Assembly: GCA_031763465.1 (NCBI GenBank)
Contig: JARFOE010000121.1
Location: forward strand, 1,196,633 to 1,235,677
Length of the DNA: 39,045 nucleotides
DNA from: Squatina squatina
Taxonomy: Eukaryota
Direction: 5' to 3'
The notes below the pieces were generated by a model. The model was not told the origin of the DNA. It did not search any database and saw nothing but the letters and a program-made list of their open reading frames with translations. Both the position numbers and the translations under genes were made by a program. The first letter of the stretch is position 1; each line of letters starts with the position of its first letter. Positions 9,670 to 21,777 of this stretch are shown here, piece by piece.

Positions 9670-12600
9670 NNNNNNNNNNNNNNNNNNNNNNNNNNNNNNN
9701 NNNNNNNNNNNNNNNNNNNNNNNNNNNNNNNNNNNNNNNNNNNNNNNNNNNNNNNNNNNNNNNNNNNNNGGCACAAACTAAAGGCTTTTAGAAAATGAAA
9801 ATGCTGAGTGTACAAGCTGACTTCTCAAGTGTGTAAGCTGTTAATTCCACATATGTTGTGAGAATCATTTAAATATATATCTTTATCCTTTAGCATTCTG
9901 ATTAGGGAGACTGCAAGTGACTTAGGCAAAATCACCTCACAGCAGAGAACAGAAAGAATTGACCCAATGGCACTGGGTGTGACTGAATGAAAAAAGTGAA
10001 TATCAGAGTGTTTACTGCAAGATTTCATAACAAAACTTTAAAAAGTGTACTGCATACATATTCTATGTTATGTTGCTTCTAGACTTGGAATTATCTTCCC
10101 ATAACAGTTGTAATAGAATGACTCCTGTCCCCATTTTATTGCATTTCCCAGTTATTAATTTACTCCTGTCTGATTTTCATTTAGGCAGTGTCCTTCAAAG
10201 CTATATTATCCAAAAGAGTTGGCGGGAGCATTTTCAGATACAATAATATATTCAAATAAAAAGCTAGAATTCATCCAAAGTGCTACGAACAGGAACATGA
10301 TAAGAACAATCTGCCATTTACAGAGCTTCTTGACACTATTCACATCGGGAGACTTAGAACTTTTTATTTCTGTATGGTAGATATAAATAGTGCAGTCACT
10401 TGGAGTAGACAGTTGATCAATACTAGGTTGCTAATAATAAATCTTTCGATGTTACACCAGGTACTGACATTTGGCTTTTAGTACATCAATGGGGCTACAG
10501 GTGCATTATTTTCCAGAAACANNNNNNNNNNNNNNNNNNNNNNNNNNNNNNNNNNNNNNNNNNNNNNNNNNNNNNNNNNNNNNNNNNNNNNNNNNNNNNN
10601 NNNNNNNNNNNNNNNNNNNNNNNNNNNNNNNNNNNNNNNNNNNNNNNNNNNNNNNNNNNNNNNNNNNNNNNNNNNNNNNNNNNNNNNNNNNNNNNNNNNN
10701 NNNNNNNNNNNNNNNNNNNNNNNNNNNNNNNNNNNNNNNNNNNNNNNNNNNNNNNNNNNNNNNNNNNNNNNNNNNNNNNNNNNNNNNNNNNNNNNNNNNN
10801 NNNNNNNNNNNNNNNNNNNNNNNNNNNNNNNNNNNNNNNNNNNNNNNNNNNNNNNNNNNNNNNNNNNNNNNNNNNNNNNNNNNNNNNNNNNNNNNNNNNN
10901 NNNNNNNNNNNNNNNNNNNNNNNNNNNNNNNNNNNNNNNNNNNNNNNNNNNNNNNNNNNNNNNNNNNNNAAAAAGTGAAAGTAAGCTGATGGGGTTTGGC
11001 GTCAATAAAACGGTGTGCTTTTTCTGTATATTACAGAATATGACAGGTTACAGAACAATATACAGATGCTTCCAAACACAGGTGTAATATAGCAGAGTCT
11101 GCACGAGCCAACTTAAACATGCTCCCTTTTAACATTTGATTATGTCTGATAAAAATGATCTAAAATAACAGAAAACTGGCCATTAAAATGTAGACATAAA
11201 CAGATGCTCACTGCTGTTAATAATCTAATATTAATTCTGCAATGGTTATTGGGCCAATAATGCAACACAAACCTGTAACAGTTTGCAAAAAGGGCTTTAA
11301 TTTACTAATGAATGAAATGGAATATCCAAACATTTTTTCTTAAATGTAGAGGTACGGTAAATGTATAAAGTGTAAGTGTGTGTAACAAAATTGTTTGTAG
11401 ATGTGGGCAGTGGCTCTACAATAGTGACTGAAGTTAATATTCAATTGTGGCCTTAAATAATTGACTGCCAGTCATTTTGAGGTAAAGTTCAATAATCATC
11501 CTTCTCATTTTGTTCCAACTACATTATTTCTACCATAATGTACAATTGTTCAACGGTTATGGTTGCATGGTTATACAAGGGTGTTATAATCTAGTAAGGG
11601 AGTTTGTCAGTAAAATATCATCTTTATGTCATCAGATTCCATTGCAATCTTGGCCAAGCATTCTAACTAAAAAAACGCTCTTTCACACAACGTAAATCCA
11701 CAGGGTAAAAAATGATGATTGAACTGGAAATAGTTATTCTTGGAAAAGGAAATGACATACCATGACATATAAACTCGCATTACAACAACTCAAAACAGAG
11801 ATCTCACCAGGAATTATAAATGAAGGCTTGATTATATTATAAAGAAAAAAGTGTCTGTAAATGAGTTCAAAGATGACACACTCTTAAAGAGTTCAGGTTG
11901 CATTCATAAGCTCCTTAGCTTCCTTTATAGTTTATGATGTCACCTGAACCTCATGTAACTCACTCCTAGACACCTGGTATTCTCTATACACTGTGGTTTA
12001 CATTTAACTGGCAAAGGCAAGAAAGTACAGCACTCCGTGGTTAATACATGTCCATGGTAAAAGAATGCTATGGAAAAATGNNNNNNNNNNNNNNNNNNNN
12101 NNNNNNNNNNNNNNNNNNNNNNNNNNNNNNNNNNNNNATGCTTTGGCTTTGGAAAATTGAAACTACATCTTTAAATATAACATTTGAAAAACCTGAAGAA
12201 TTTTATTCATAATGAGAAATTAAATAGGAATGTCTCTTTTGTATGGGTGGGTGATTTGCCATTGAAGGTAATAGAAATGGAATAGTACCTCAAGGTATCA
12301 AGTAATTTGACAAATTGCTCATTGCTCAAAGCTAGGGAAATACTGCTCTCTAGTGGCCCTGCTTGTTTTTGATTATCAACAGCACCAAAATAATTAGATC
12401 ATGGCAGTAGCAGTGGTTGCATCTAAACTATTGCCACAAACAGTCCATTGTATGAAGTATTGAATGCTTTCTTTTCAGGCTATTGTTTAACATGTTCCAT
12501 GCTCTTCCAAGCCATGTGCCAAATTGTTCCCAAGTCTGTACAAAATCTGTTCTGAAGTGGACTTAAGGGGTGTAGAAGAATGGTGGGGACTTCTTCCCTA

Positions 12601-13712
12601 CACAGGGAAACACCGCCTCTGTTCAGCAGCTCTTCACAATAACCTGTGTGAGATCAGAAGCCTGTCAGCATGGAGATAATAGGTGTGAACCCATGTTACA
12701 CGGCCCTACGTGTTGGTGCTAAGTCATATTGCCTCACCATATTGTCAGCCATTCCTATGGTGTAAGCCTGGCTTTAAGAAATGTTCTTTTTATTAAATCT
12801 ATAGTGAAGCATTTTTATACATTAAGAAGCTGGTTCTATTAAACAGGACCATAAAGCCATTAATGACCAATAGCCTTAGGCTTGTGACATCTGCAGGAGA
12901 TTTTCTTATAAGTTTTAGGTATAACCAGATGTTTTTACTCATGCTTTTGATTAAATAAACTATTTAATTCTAGAATTAAGAAGAGAGAGAGAGAAATGGA
13001 TAACAACCTTACACTTATATGGATTCAGTTGAGATATTCAAAGAAGGAATGGGCAGACTCCCGATTCAACAGGAAGCAGAGCGATATGGACTTGCCAGTC
13101 AGGGAGGAGGGAGATGAAAATAGTCAACCGGATCCTGCATATGGACCTGTACAGCAAAGAGTATCCTTGATTCTACCATCTTATGTTCTTGGGCATGGCA
13201 CAGTTATACTTCTATATTTTTGCATTTGTTACAGTACAAAGATTCAATATTATTTATTAGGGTTATTGCCAGATGGAAGAAATTAAAAATTACTCTCACC
13301 TCGAAATTACTCTAACTCTTGTTATACAGTCACATAACAAAAAGTGCATTTTGGTAATCATGCAGTGTGCCTAAGCAGCTGATGGCCATTCCTAAGGGCG
13401 ATCTATAGGCAACAAAAGATAAAAGTAATCTCTATTTGCTGACTGTAATGTTTTGGATTTCAAGCAAAGAACCCTTGGGTTCTCTAGTTAGCAACAAATT
13501 CCAGTTGATGGATCACATACACATTGGTTATCAATATAATTATCAACATAATAGTTTACAATTACTTTTCTCAAAAGTAGTCAGTATGTCCAAATGTTAA
13601 AGACTGAGGTTAGAATTTAGAAGGTTGTTATTGGGAATATGCATTCCTGTTAATAAATGTAGATGTACCAGCAGTCATCCAAAGAGTAGCATCAAAGGGT
13701 AATGGATTAGAT

Positions 13713-14135
13713 AAAGAACTTGTATTTATGTAGTGCCTTTCACTACCTCAAGATGTCCCAAAGCACTTTACAGTCAATGATAGTTTTAAAATGTAGTCAC
13801 TGTTTACTTTAGGGAAGTGCAGCAACCAATTTGCCCATAGCAAGGTCCCACAAACAACAGTGATATAAATGACTAGATAATCTGATTTTAAGTGATGCTG
13901 GTTGAGGGATAAAGTTGGCCAAGACTTTGGGAGAACTCCCTTAATCTATTGTCACAGGATCTTTTACATCCACCGAATAGGGCAGCTAGGAACTGATTTA
14001 ATGTCTTTTCTGAAAAGCAGCACTCCCTCCATAGTGCATTGAAGTGTCAGCCTAGATTATGTGCTCAGTGTCTGGATTGGGTCTTCAACCTTCTGACACA
14101 GAGGTCAGAGTGCAACCATTGAGCTGAGGCTGACA
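13713..14135 (-). mobile_element. Full-length Deu-type tRNA-SINE with L2-like tail
   Basis: The tRNA-like head at about 14060-14135 matches the 36915 copy. The tail reads ...GCTTTGGGACATCTTGAGGTAGTGAAAGGCACTACATAAATACAAGTTCTTT on the - strand. Confidence 0.85.
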
Positions 14136-15105
14136 CTTTCCTTTTGGCTCCACANNNNNNNNNNNNNNNNNNNNNNNNNNNNNNNNNNNNNNNNNNNNNN
14201 NNNNNNNNNNNNNNNNNNNNNNNNNNNNNNNNNNNNNNNNNNNNNNNNNNNNNNNNNNNNNNNNNNNNNNNNNNNNNNNNNNNNNNNNNNNNNNNNNNNN
14301 NNNNNNNNNNNNNNNNNNNNNNNNNNNNNNNNNNNNNNNNNNNNNNNNNNNNNNNNNNNNNNNNNNNNNNNNNNNNNNNNNNNNNNNNNNNNNNNNNNNN
14401 NNNNNNNNNNNNNNNNNNNNNNNNNNNNNNNNNNNNNNNNNNNNNNNNNNNNNNNNNNNNNNNNNNNNNNNNNNNNNNNNNNNNNNNNNNNNNNNNNNNN
14501 NNNNNNNNNNNNNNNNNNNNNNNNNNNNNNNNNNNNNNNNNNNNNNNNNNNNNNNNNNNNNNNNNNNNNNNNNNNNNNNNNNNNNNNNNNNNNNNNNNNN
14601 NNNNNNNNNNNNNNNNNNNNNNNNNNNNNNNNNNNNNNNNNNNNNNNNNNNNNNNNNNNNNNNNNNNNNNNNNNNNNNNNNNNNNNNNNNNNNNNNNNNN
14701 NNNNNNNNNNNNNNNNNNNNNNNNNNNNNNNNNNNNNNNNNNNNNNNNNNNNNNNNNNNNNNNNNNNNNNNNNNNNNNNNNNNNNNNNNNNNNNNNNNNN
14801 NNNNNNNNNNNNNNNNNNNNNNNNNNNNNNNNNNNNNNNNNNNNNNNNNNNNNNNNNNNNNNNNNNNNNNNNNNNNNNNNNNNNNNNNNNNNNNNNNNNN
14901 NNNNNNNNNNNNNNNNNNNNNNNNNNNNNNNNNNNNNNNNNNNNNNNNNNNNNNNNNNNNNNNNNNNNNNNNNNNNNNNNNNNNNNNNNNNNNNNNNNNN
15001 NNNNNNNNNNNNNNNNNNNNNNNNNNNNNNNNNNNNNNNNNNNNNNNNNNNNNNNNNNNNNNNNNNNNNNNNNNNNNNNNNNNNNNNNNNNNNNNNNNNN
15101 NNNNN

Positions 15106-15225
15106 TAGCCATTTTTCACACGAGCCTGTCCCATTCCCAATAGACAGCAGCTAACCCAATACAGAGCACTGACCAAACGTGGAACCTTCCCGGCCTGAAT
15201 CACTAAATTCCACATTGGAAAGTCC
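15106..15225 (-). mobile_element. AmnSINE2-like fragment, internally deleted
   Basis: GCCATTTTTCACACGAGCCT and CAGCTAACCCAATACAGA...GGAACCTTCCCGG resemble two separate parts of the other copies. Confidence 0.45.
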
Positions 15226-16800
15226 ATCAAAGAACCAAGCCAATACTGTATAGTATCAAATCATGATCAGTTTTGTCATGTTTATGTTTACTTGGATTAG
15301 GAATGATGTATTAAGTCTAGGAACCTAGCACTTTGTTGAGATATGATGCAGCATACATCAACAGCAATGCTTGACTCCTCTGTATTGCCTTGAGAATGTA
15401 CTTACATATGAGCTGAAGAAGACTACTGTTCAACTACACCAACATGACTAATGAATGTACTCTTTGCATTTTCAGTGCTTTACCTGGCAAGGCTGGGACT
15501 GCACGGTCAAACATTAAGTAAACACTCCGTTGTGGGCAAGTGGAGCTCATTCATTTGTAAAGTTAGTTATTCACCTGCATCTGTATTTATGTTTGACCCA
15601 GATCCTATGGTCAAAGTCAAGTGCTTCTATTATCTAAACCAGTCACACACCATTTCACCTTCACCAATCACAATTAGTCTGCATTAAGGGCAGGGATTAC
15701 ATATGTTTCTTATGCCACATTGTGATTATATTTTTCTGTGGGAGGAATTTGAAAAAATAATATTTCCTGTAAATGCCTCCCGGCTACAGTAATTGTTTTA
15801 AGGAGCAGTAGCTTTTGTTAAAGGACCTTGTACTGATGACACTGTTACACTGGATGACTGGCAGAACTTCAAGTTACCCAGGGTTCTGGGCCTGTTTGTT
15901 ACTATACTGATCAGATTGAAAAGATTCAGCCTTTTGCCTTTGTAACAATGTTGGCATTGTGACATATAGCAGGTAATCTCTTTTTTTGCACAGCCATGAT
16001 TCGCAGTGAACAGCTAGTTGCAAAGTAGAAACCTTTCGCAAAAGAAAGTATTGAAATATATAGCACCACATAGCAGTTTCCCTTTAACAGACTAGAATAT
16101 TTCAAGAGGGGAATCACAGGCTGGCTAAATTTGGAATTTGGTGTAAAGTAAATTGACAAAAGAGGAAGGCAAAGAGTTCAGTTCTCCCCAAATGCAATCC
16201 TGGCATAAGGGGACAAAAGAAGATTAATTGTAANNNNNNNNNNNNNNNNNNNNNNNNNNNNNNNNNNNNNNNNNNNNNNNNNNNNNNNNNNNNNNNNNNN
16301 NNNNNNNNNNNNNNNNNNNNNNNNNNNNNNNNNCAGTCCTCCAGCCCGGCCCGGTGGAGATCTACCCCCTTTTTCCCTGTCGAAGCTTCACTTCCACCTT
16401 TCCTCTTGCAACTTAATCTATCGTGTGCACACACACACACTGTTTTATTTTTCCTGCAGCCTATTTTTCACCCCTTTCCCCTCCCTCCCCCTATACTGGT
16501 GGACTTTTCCGCTAATTTATTCGCTCCCCCCTCCCCCCAAAAAACCCACGAGTCCTGCAAACTAAACCAGAAACTACAGCTGCTCTAATGCAAACCGTAT
16601 GTTCCCCGCACGAACTGCTTTGCCGCACTGTGTACATTCCAGGCGTCTCCTCCAAGTATTTAGGCTATAAAACGAATAAAGGAATGAAATGAAAAGACAC
16701 ATTTGCTCGCCCAATGCACTTTTAACCCATTTTCTCCAACTTTGTCACACTCTGAGGCAAGAGTAAGCCAGACTTAGAACCACGAACAGAGTCTCCTTAC

Positions 16801-16818
16801 CGTAACAGAGCTGACCAT
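16801..16818 (-). CDS. NTF3: Neurotrophin-3 first coding exon segment (MVSSVT), encoding the N-terminal extension of the long prepro-NT-3 isoform
   Basis: The - strand reads CTTCATGTCGGCGCGCATCCACCGATACACACGGATGCC-ATGGTCAGCTCTGTTACG|GTAAGG. This parallels mammalian NTF3 exon 1 as I recall it (...CACACGGATGCCATGGTTACTTTTGCCACG|GTAAG, MVTFAT): 6 codons, phase-0 donor, GCCATGG Kozak context. Position and strand relative to ANO2 fit known synteny. Confidence 0.85.
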
Positions 16819-17104
16819 GGCATCCGTGTGTATCGGTGGATGCGCGCCGACATGAAGCTGAGAATTGCGACTTGACTCTAAAAGCTTTGCCTTCAGTGGT
16901 CTGAGCTGGCGAGGGAGCCGAGCTGGCGACGGCTCATCTTGCGGGTGAGTCTCAGTGACTGGATGAGGGTGAGTGTGAGAGAAGCAGAGAGAGAGAGAGA
17001 GAGAGAGAGATCTGGGCAATGTGCCGCTCACAACTAACCAGTCAGATGGTTCTGTGCTCTGAATGTTAACACGCGAACTGCCGTGACCTTTCGCGTTTAA
17101 CACC
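16819..17104 (-). promoter_or_regulatory. NTF3: NTF3 exon-1 5'UTR / proximal promoter region, CpG-enriched
   Basis: Non-transposon sequence with many CpGs, directly upstream of the ATG. Contains upstream ATGs, a (CT)n tract, and an inverted repeat with AAAGGTCA. The TSS cannot be determined. Confidence 0.7.
16986..17010 (+). repeat. (AG)n / (CT)n microsatellite in the NTF3 5' region
   Basis: About 12 AG units, read directly. Confidence 0.9.
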
Positions 17105-18444
17105 NNNNNNNNNNNNNNNNNNNNNNNNNNNNNNNNNNNNNNNNNNNNNNNNNNNNNNNNNNNNNNNNNNNNNNNNNNNNNNNNNNNNNNNNNNNNNNNN
17201 NNNNTAACAGGGGTGAAATGAAGTACATCTTCTGAATTCGTTCTCCCAGAGTCATTGAGCCAGTTAGCTGGGTAGAATAACAGACGTTTTACTAAAGGTT
17301 GTTTTGTAGCATATGGTTCACTAACCAACTGGGGCAAACTATGTAGAAGGGCAGAAAAAAACACTGCATTCACCATTTTAGGAAAATGCAGAGAGCTCTT
17401 ACATTCTGTACTGAATTTTCTGCTTTTCCTTGGAAGAATGGTTGTCCTTTTTGACTTTTCAATTGAAAATGATAAAAGATGTGACAACATTCAGTGGTGA
17501 CCTATATGATGGACATTTTGTTAAAGCTCGGTAATATGAGTCCTTTTACATTTCAAACAATTCATATAATAGAGTCAAGAGCTTTCTAATAAATGCTTTT
17601 AAGAGGCCTGTATAATATTACCATAGTTTTTCTGCTGATAGATAGCTTTGTTCTGCACTGGAAGCAGGTGCACATGTACTACTGCATTAAAATAACTACT
17701 GTTCCTATTTATTTATTAAAGAATATTTTTACAGGATAAGTTNNNNNNNNNNNNNNNNNNNNNNNNNNNNNNNNNNNNNNNNNNNNNNNNNNNNNNNNNN
17801 NNNNNNNNNNNNNNNNNNNNNNNNNNNNNNNNNNNNNNNNNNGTGAAATGCTACAGAAAATAAATTGCTCATTACATGGCCTATATGATGCATGCAGGCT
17901 ATAGGAATGTATATATTACGCAGCCTAACAGTTAATTTTATATTAGTTGCCACTCCCACGATATATTGTCTTCAGTAGTTTTATACTTGAAAAAATGGAC
18001 AGTTCCAGAATAAAGAGGAAAGAGGGGTAACAACTAGCAAAAGGTATTCATTCTACTAATTTGCATCATGCGTAGTCTGAAAGCAGCATGAAACATGTCT
18101 TGAGCTCTTTGATAATAAACTGCAGAAGTACAGTAGTTTGCTTTAGTGTCAGGACCCCACTGTGCAACTAATCAGGAGAGTGTGCATACTGTTTCTACCA
18201 TTTTTACCAACATCTGGAAGCCATAATGATGATATTGCTGTTCCATAATTTTAATTTGTTTTTGGCTATATGAGGACCCCAATCAGAGAACTATTAGGAA
18301 AACTTTGTGAGCTTTCCCCTAAATTTTACCTTTACGAAGAGAATGATATACATTCCAACTTCGCACCCAGTATCAAGCGCTCTCAGGACTGTTATATCAT
18401 GAGTCCATTGCAGAGTTAAGCTCCCTCAAAAATGTGACTTAAGA

Positions 18445-18845
18445 CACTGAGTACCATTCTCAGCTCCAAATAATGCGGGTTTGAGCTCCACTCTAGGCTG
18501 ATATTTCAGTTCAGTACTGAGGGAATGTTGCATTAGAGGTCCCCTCCTTCTAAGTTTTAAGAGATGTTTAACTGAGACTGCATCTTCTTGTTCTGATGGT
18601 TCAGTTTTAAAGATGATTCAAAGAGGAACAGACCTCCTGGTATCCTGAGCAACATTCTTCCCTCAATTACCACCATCAAAAGTCAATTAACTGGGCATTC
18701 ATCTCTTTCTGTTTGCAGGGAGCTTGCTGTGTGCAAAACAGCTGCTGTATAATCACAATATAACAATAACTGCCTGTATGTGAAGTACTTTGGAATGTTT
18801 GAAAAACAGTGATAAGGCATCATATAAGTACAAGCACTTCCTTTC
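18445..18845 (+). mobile_element. Older, diverged Deu-type SINE with L2-like tail
   Basis: CTAGGCTGATATTTCAGTTCAGTACTGAGGGAATGTTGCA, GGGAGCTTGCTGTGTGCAAA, and tail GATAAGGCATCATATAAGTACAAG. Confidence 0.75.
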
Positions 18846-18954
18846 TAGAGTACTACTGTGGTGGTTATTTGCAAGTCTTGGTACATGAAAATCTTGCTTC
18901 AAAGCATTTTCAGCCTAAAAACCAAAGAAAAATCAGTTCCTCGGAATACAACTT

Positions 18955-19011
18955 CAACAACAACAACTTGCATTTATAAAGCTCTTTTAACATAGTAAAA
19001 ATGTCCCAAGG
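18955..19011 (-). mobile_element. 3' tail of Deu-type SINE or L2 at contig end
   Basis: CAACAACAACAACTTGCATTTATAAAGCTCTTTTAAC is the reverse of the L2-type tail. A + strand tail also occurs at 19825-19855. Confidence 0.65.
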
Positions 19012-19111
19012 NNNNNNNNNNNNNNNNNNNNNNNNNNNNNNNNNNNNNNNNNNNNNNNNNNNNNNNNNNNNNNNNNNNNNNNNNNNNNNNNNNNNNNNNN
19101 NNNNNNNNNNN

Positions 19112-19231
19112 GGCAGCTCGCCACTTACACTTAATGGAGGCCCAGCCTTGAAAATGGTCTGGGCCTCTGGCGAACTTCAGCGGGTGTTACAATCGTCCAC
19201 CTGGGGAACAGTGAAAATCAAGATTTGCCCC
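19112..19231. mobile_element. MITE right end (Harbinger-like), cut off by gap
   Basis: GC-rich block ending AAGATTTGCCCC-AAT. Confidence 0.4.
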
Positions 19232-20633
19232 AATGAAGGCAGGTAGGTTTGTATCTTAAATTATTTCCATTCACATGGATACTTACTTCCCCTTAAAGCA
19301 TCTTAACCCCTTCAATTTCTGTTTCCCCACATGGAAAAATTAACAGACAGCTTATCGCAGCAGATAGGATTCAGTCAAGTGGTACAGGCTAGGATGTAAG
19401 AGGTTTACAGAAACAGTCTACACTTTATGGACTGACGGTCTTTTATTTTTAACAAGGAAATAGATGACTAACTGATCTCCCACAGCATTGCACATGGATT
19501 TATATGAATGGGACATTTAATTCTGCTGCCTCTGGGCAGTGTTCAATGTGCAGTGGTCTGAAGTGCAATCTTGGTCTCTCACAGCACACTTGCTTTGCCT
19601 TATAAATCTTCACTTCTCACCCACTCTCCTTCTGTTACTATTATTTCACACCAGCCATTTAGCTTCTCTCCTCTCCACTTCACTTATGAACCATAGAATC
19701 TTAAGCGTATTCAGAACAGGAGGANNNNNNNNNNNNNNNNNNNNNNNNNNNNNNNNNNNNNNNNNNNNNNNNNNNNNNNNNNNNNNNNNNNNNNNNNNNN
19801 NNNNNNNNNNNNNNNNNNNNNNNNCACTATATAAATGCAAGTCTTTCTTTTCTTTTCTCTTTCAGTCAGGAGGGCTGGGCATCTATGTCGAGTCGTGCAG
19901 GCCTTAGGTGGCAGGTGAGCGACAGGTGTTCTTTTAAACTTCCACCTTCCATACAGAACAACCTCTGAAACATGTTTGTTTTCCATCTAATTGGTTGTGA
20001 AAATACTCTTAAGACGCGTTTGACTGTTTATTAGTTCTTAAAGCCTGACTATGTCGGTCAACAAAACAGGATATTGTCTCTTCAATAACCTTCAAATTTA
20101 AACACGATACTTCAATATTATTTGCTGTATTCTGGTCGGCATCTAACTATATAGGGTTACACAGTCAGTCAACCTCACAGAAACAGAGTTTCTGTCTCAA
20201 TGTCATCATTCGTGAACGCGCATTTAATAAACAATGCCCCTTGCAGTCTCCCAGATGAATGGCAGGAGTTGAAAAGTTACCCTTGATGAATATACTCTTC
20301 TCTTTATCAGAAATTTTCCTTTTCTGCTGAGCAGGTTCCTTTGTTAATTTCCTACGGGTATTACTTTTCATTTTTCCCGAGTTAGTCCTTCCAGCTGTCC
20401 TCATAACACGCTGCCCACTGGGGCCTTTGTACACCGAGTCCTTGCCTACAGCAATGTCTATCTTAGTACCAATGTATAGGGAATACTTACCCCATCACTC
20501 CCTATCCAGTTTATTAGCCTTTCAATGCATGGCNNNNNNNNNNNNNNNNNNNNNNNNNNNNNNNNNNNNNNNNNNNNNNNNNNNNNNNNNNNNNNNNNNN
20601 NNNNNNNNNNNNNNNNNNNNNNNNNNNNNNNNN

Positions 20634-20797
20634 CTGGTGTAGCGCAGCTCATGGAAGAGCAGGGAAATTGGATAGCAACTTCCTTATTCCTGCATTTAAC
20701 TGAGAACGTTTGGATGTCGGAAGTTGCTGTCCAACTTACTCCTTAATAACTTTAAGCGCTGATAGCCCCACCATTATTCCTACCACAAATCTGGGCC
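20634..20797. mobile_element. MITE right end (Harbinger-like), cut off by gap
   Basis: Ends CCACAAATCTGGGCC-ATT. The reverse complement GGCCCAGATTT resembles the terminus at 21584. Confidence 0.55.
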
Positions 20798-20799
20798 AT

Positions 20800-21000
20800 T
20801 GTCTATTCCTCAATAGCCACTTGTAAAGCCTTCATGGTCTGATAACCTCTGTATGGGAAAAAAAATCTTCTAACTTCCTCTTCGCTCTTCCAGTGACAAT
20901 CCTAAGTGTATGTTCCCTTGTTACTAATTTTCCAACCAGTGGAAAACAATCTTGTACTGTTTACCCTCTCAAAACTGTTCATAACCTTGAAAACATTATC
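20800..21000 (-). mobile_element. Decayed CR1 3' fragment
   Basis: Reverse strand has remnants like VFKVMNSFERVN...FPLVG...TR.H. A related piece lies at 20455-20533. Confidence 0.6.
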
Positions 21001-21583
21001 CATAATTTGGAAAATGTAAACGGTCTGATGTTTGGCACACTTGATTTTGTGTCATAGTCAAAGAGCTATTTGTGCATGGAACACACTGACATTGATGAAG
21101 TAGCATGAGGCACAGCTGCCTGAAAAGCAATTGGTGATCTAATTCCCTGAAGGTAGACAAGAAAATAAATGCAAGTATCTTGGCTTTGTGCCAGAGAATG
21201 TGCATGTACCTGTGTTGATGTTAGCAAGTTGTCTGTTTTAAGGTGGTGAAGTCATTGTTACACAATATAAGTTTACCCACCTTTTGCCTGTGGGTTAACA
21301 GTCTTCATGAATAAGTGTGTATTATGTTGTGCAATGAGCTCCCCAGAAAAGGCAGCAGCAGGTTATTATTGGGAAGAGGAACCCAACACTGGTCCTTAAA
21401 TGTAATCAAGTCAACAAAACTTTGGGGGAAAACATGTAAATTTAAAGTGTGGCTAATATGCAAAGACTCAAGGCTTCAAGCGCTCTGTATAACTTGTTCT
21501 GTAAAAAGTGTCTAATTAGTGAAGATTGATATAAAGCTTTTCAGTTAAAGTGGAGGATTCCCGTGCAAGATACAAAGGAGTTT

Positions 21584-21677
21584 GGCCCAGAAATTGGCCC
21601 ACTTCCCGCCACGATCCGGTCTAAAAATAGTGGCCATCTCTCTGGTGCCTTCTCGGGACTCAGCGGCCACCATTTTG
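21584..21677. mobile_element. MITE left end (Harbinger-like), cut off by gap
   Basis: Begins GGCCCAGAAATTGGCC. Internal inverted pair AAAATAGTGGCC / GGCCACCATTTT. Confidence 0.6.
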
Positions 21678-21777
21678 NNNNNNNNNNNNNNNNNNNNNNN
21701 NNNNNNNNNNNNNNNNNNNNNNNNNNNNNNNNNNNNNNNNNNNNNNNNNNNNNNNNNNNNNNNNNNNNNNNNNNNNN

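Noticed and set aside
14085-15230. Long ORFs (335-381 aa) and other ORFs containing X runs
   Set aside because: They are open only because they read through N gaps.
15477-15493. TTACCTGGCA resembling the U1 snRNA 5' end
   Set aside because: Similarity stops after about 10 nt; there is no U1 body or Sm site.
16774-17490. 238-aa minus-strand ORF running through MVSSVT
   Set aside because: It spans an N gap and a (CT)n tract. Only the 18 nt before the GTAAGG donor are credible coding sequence.
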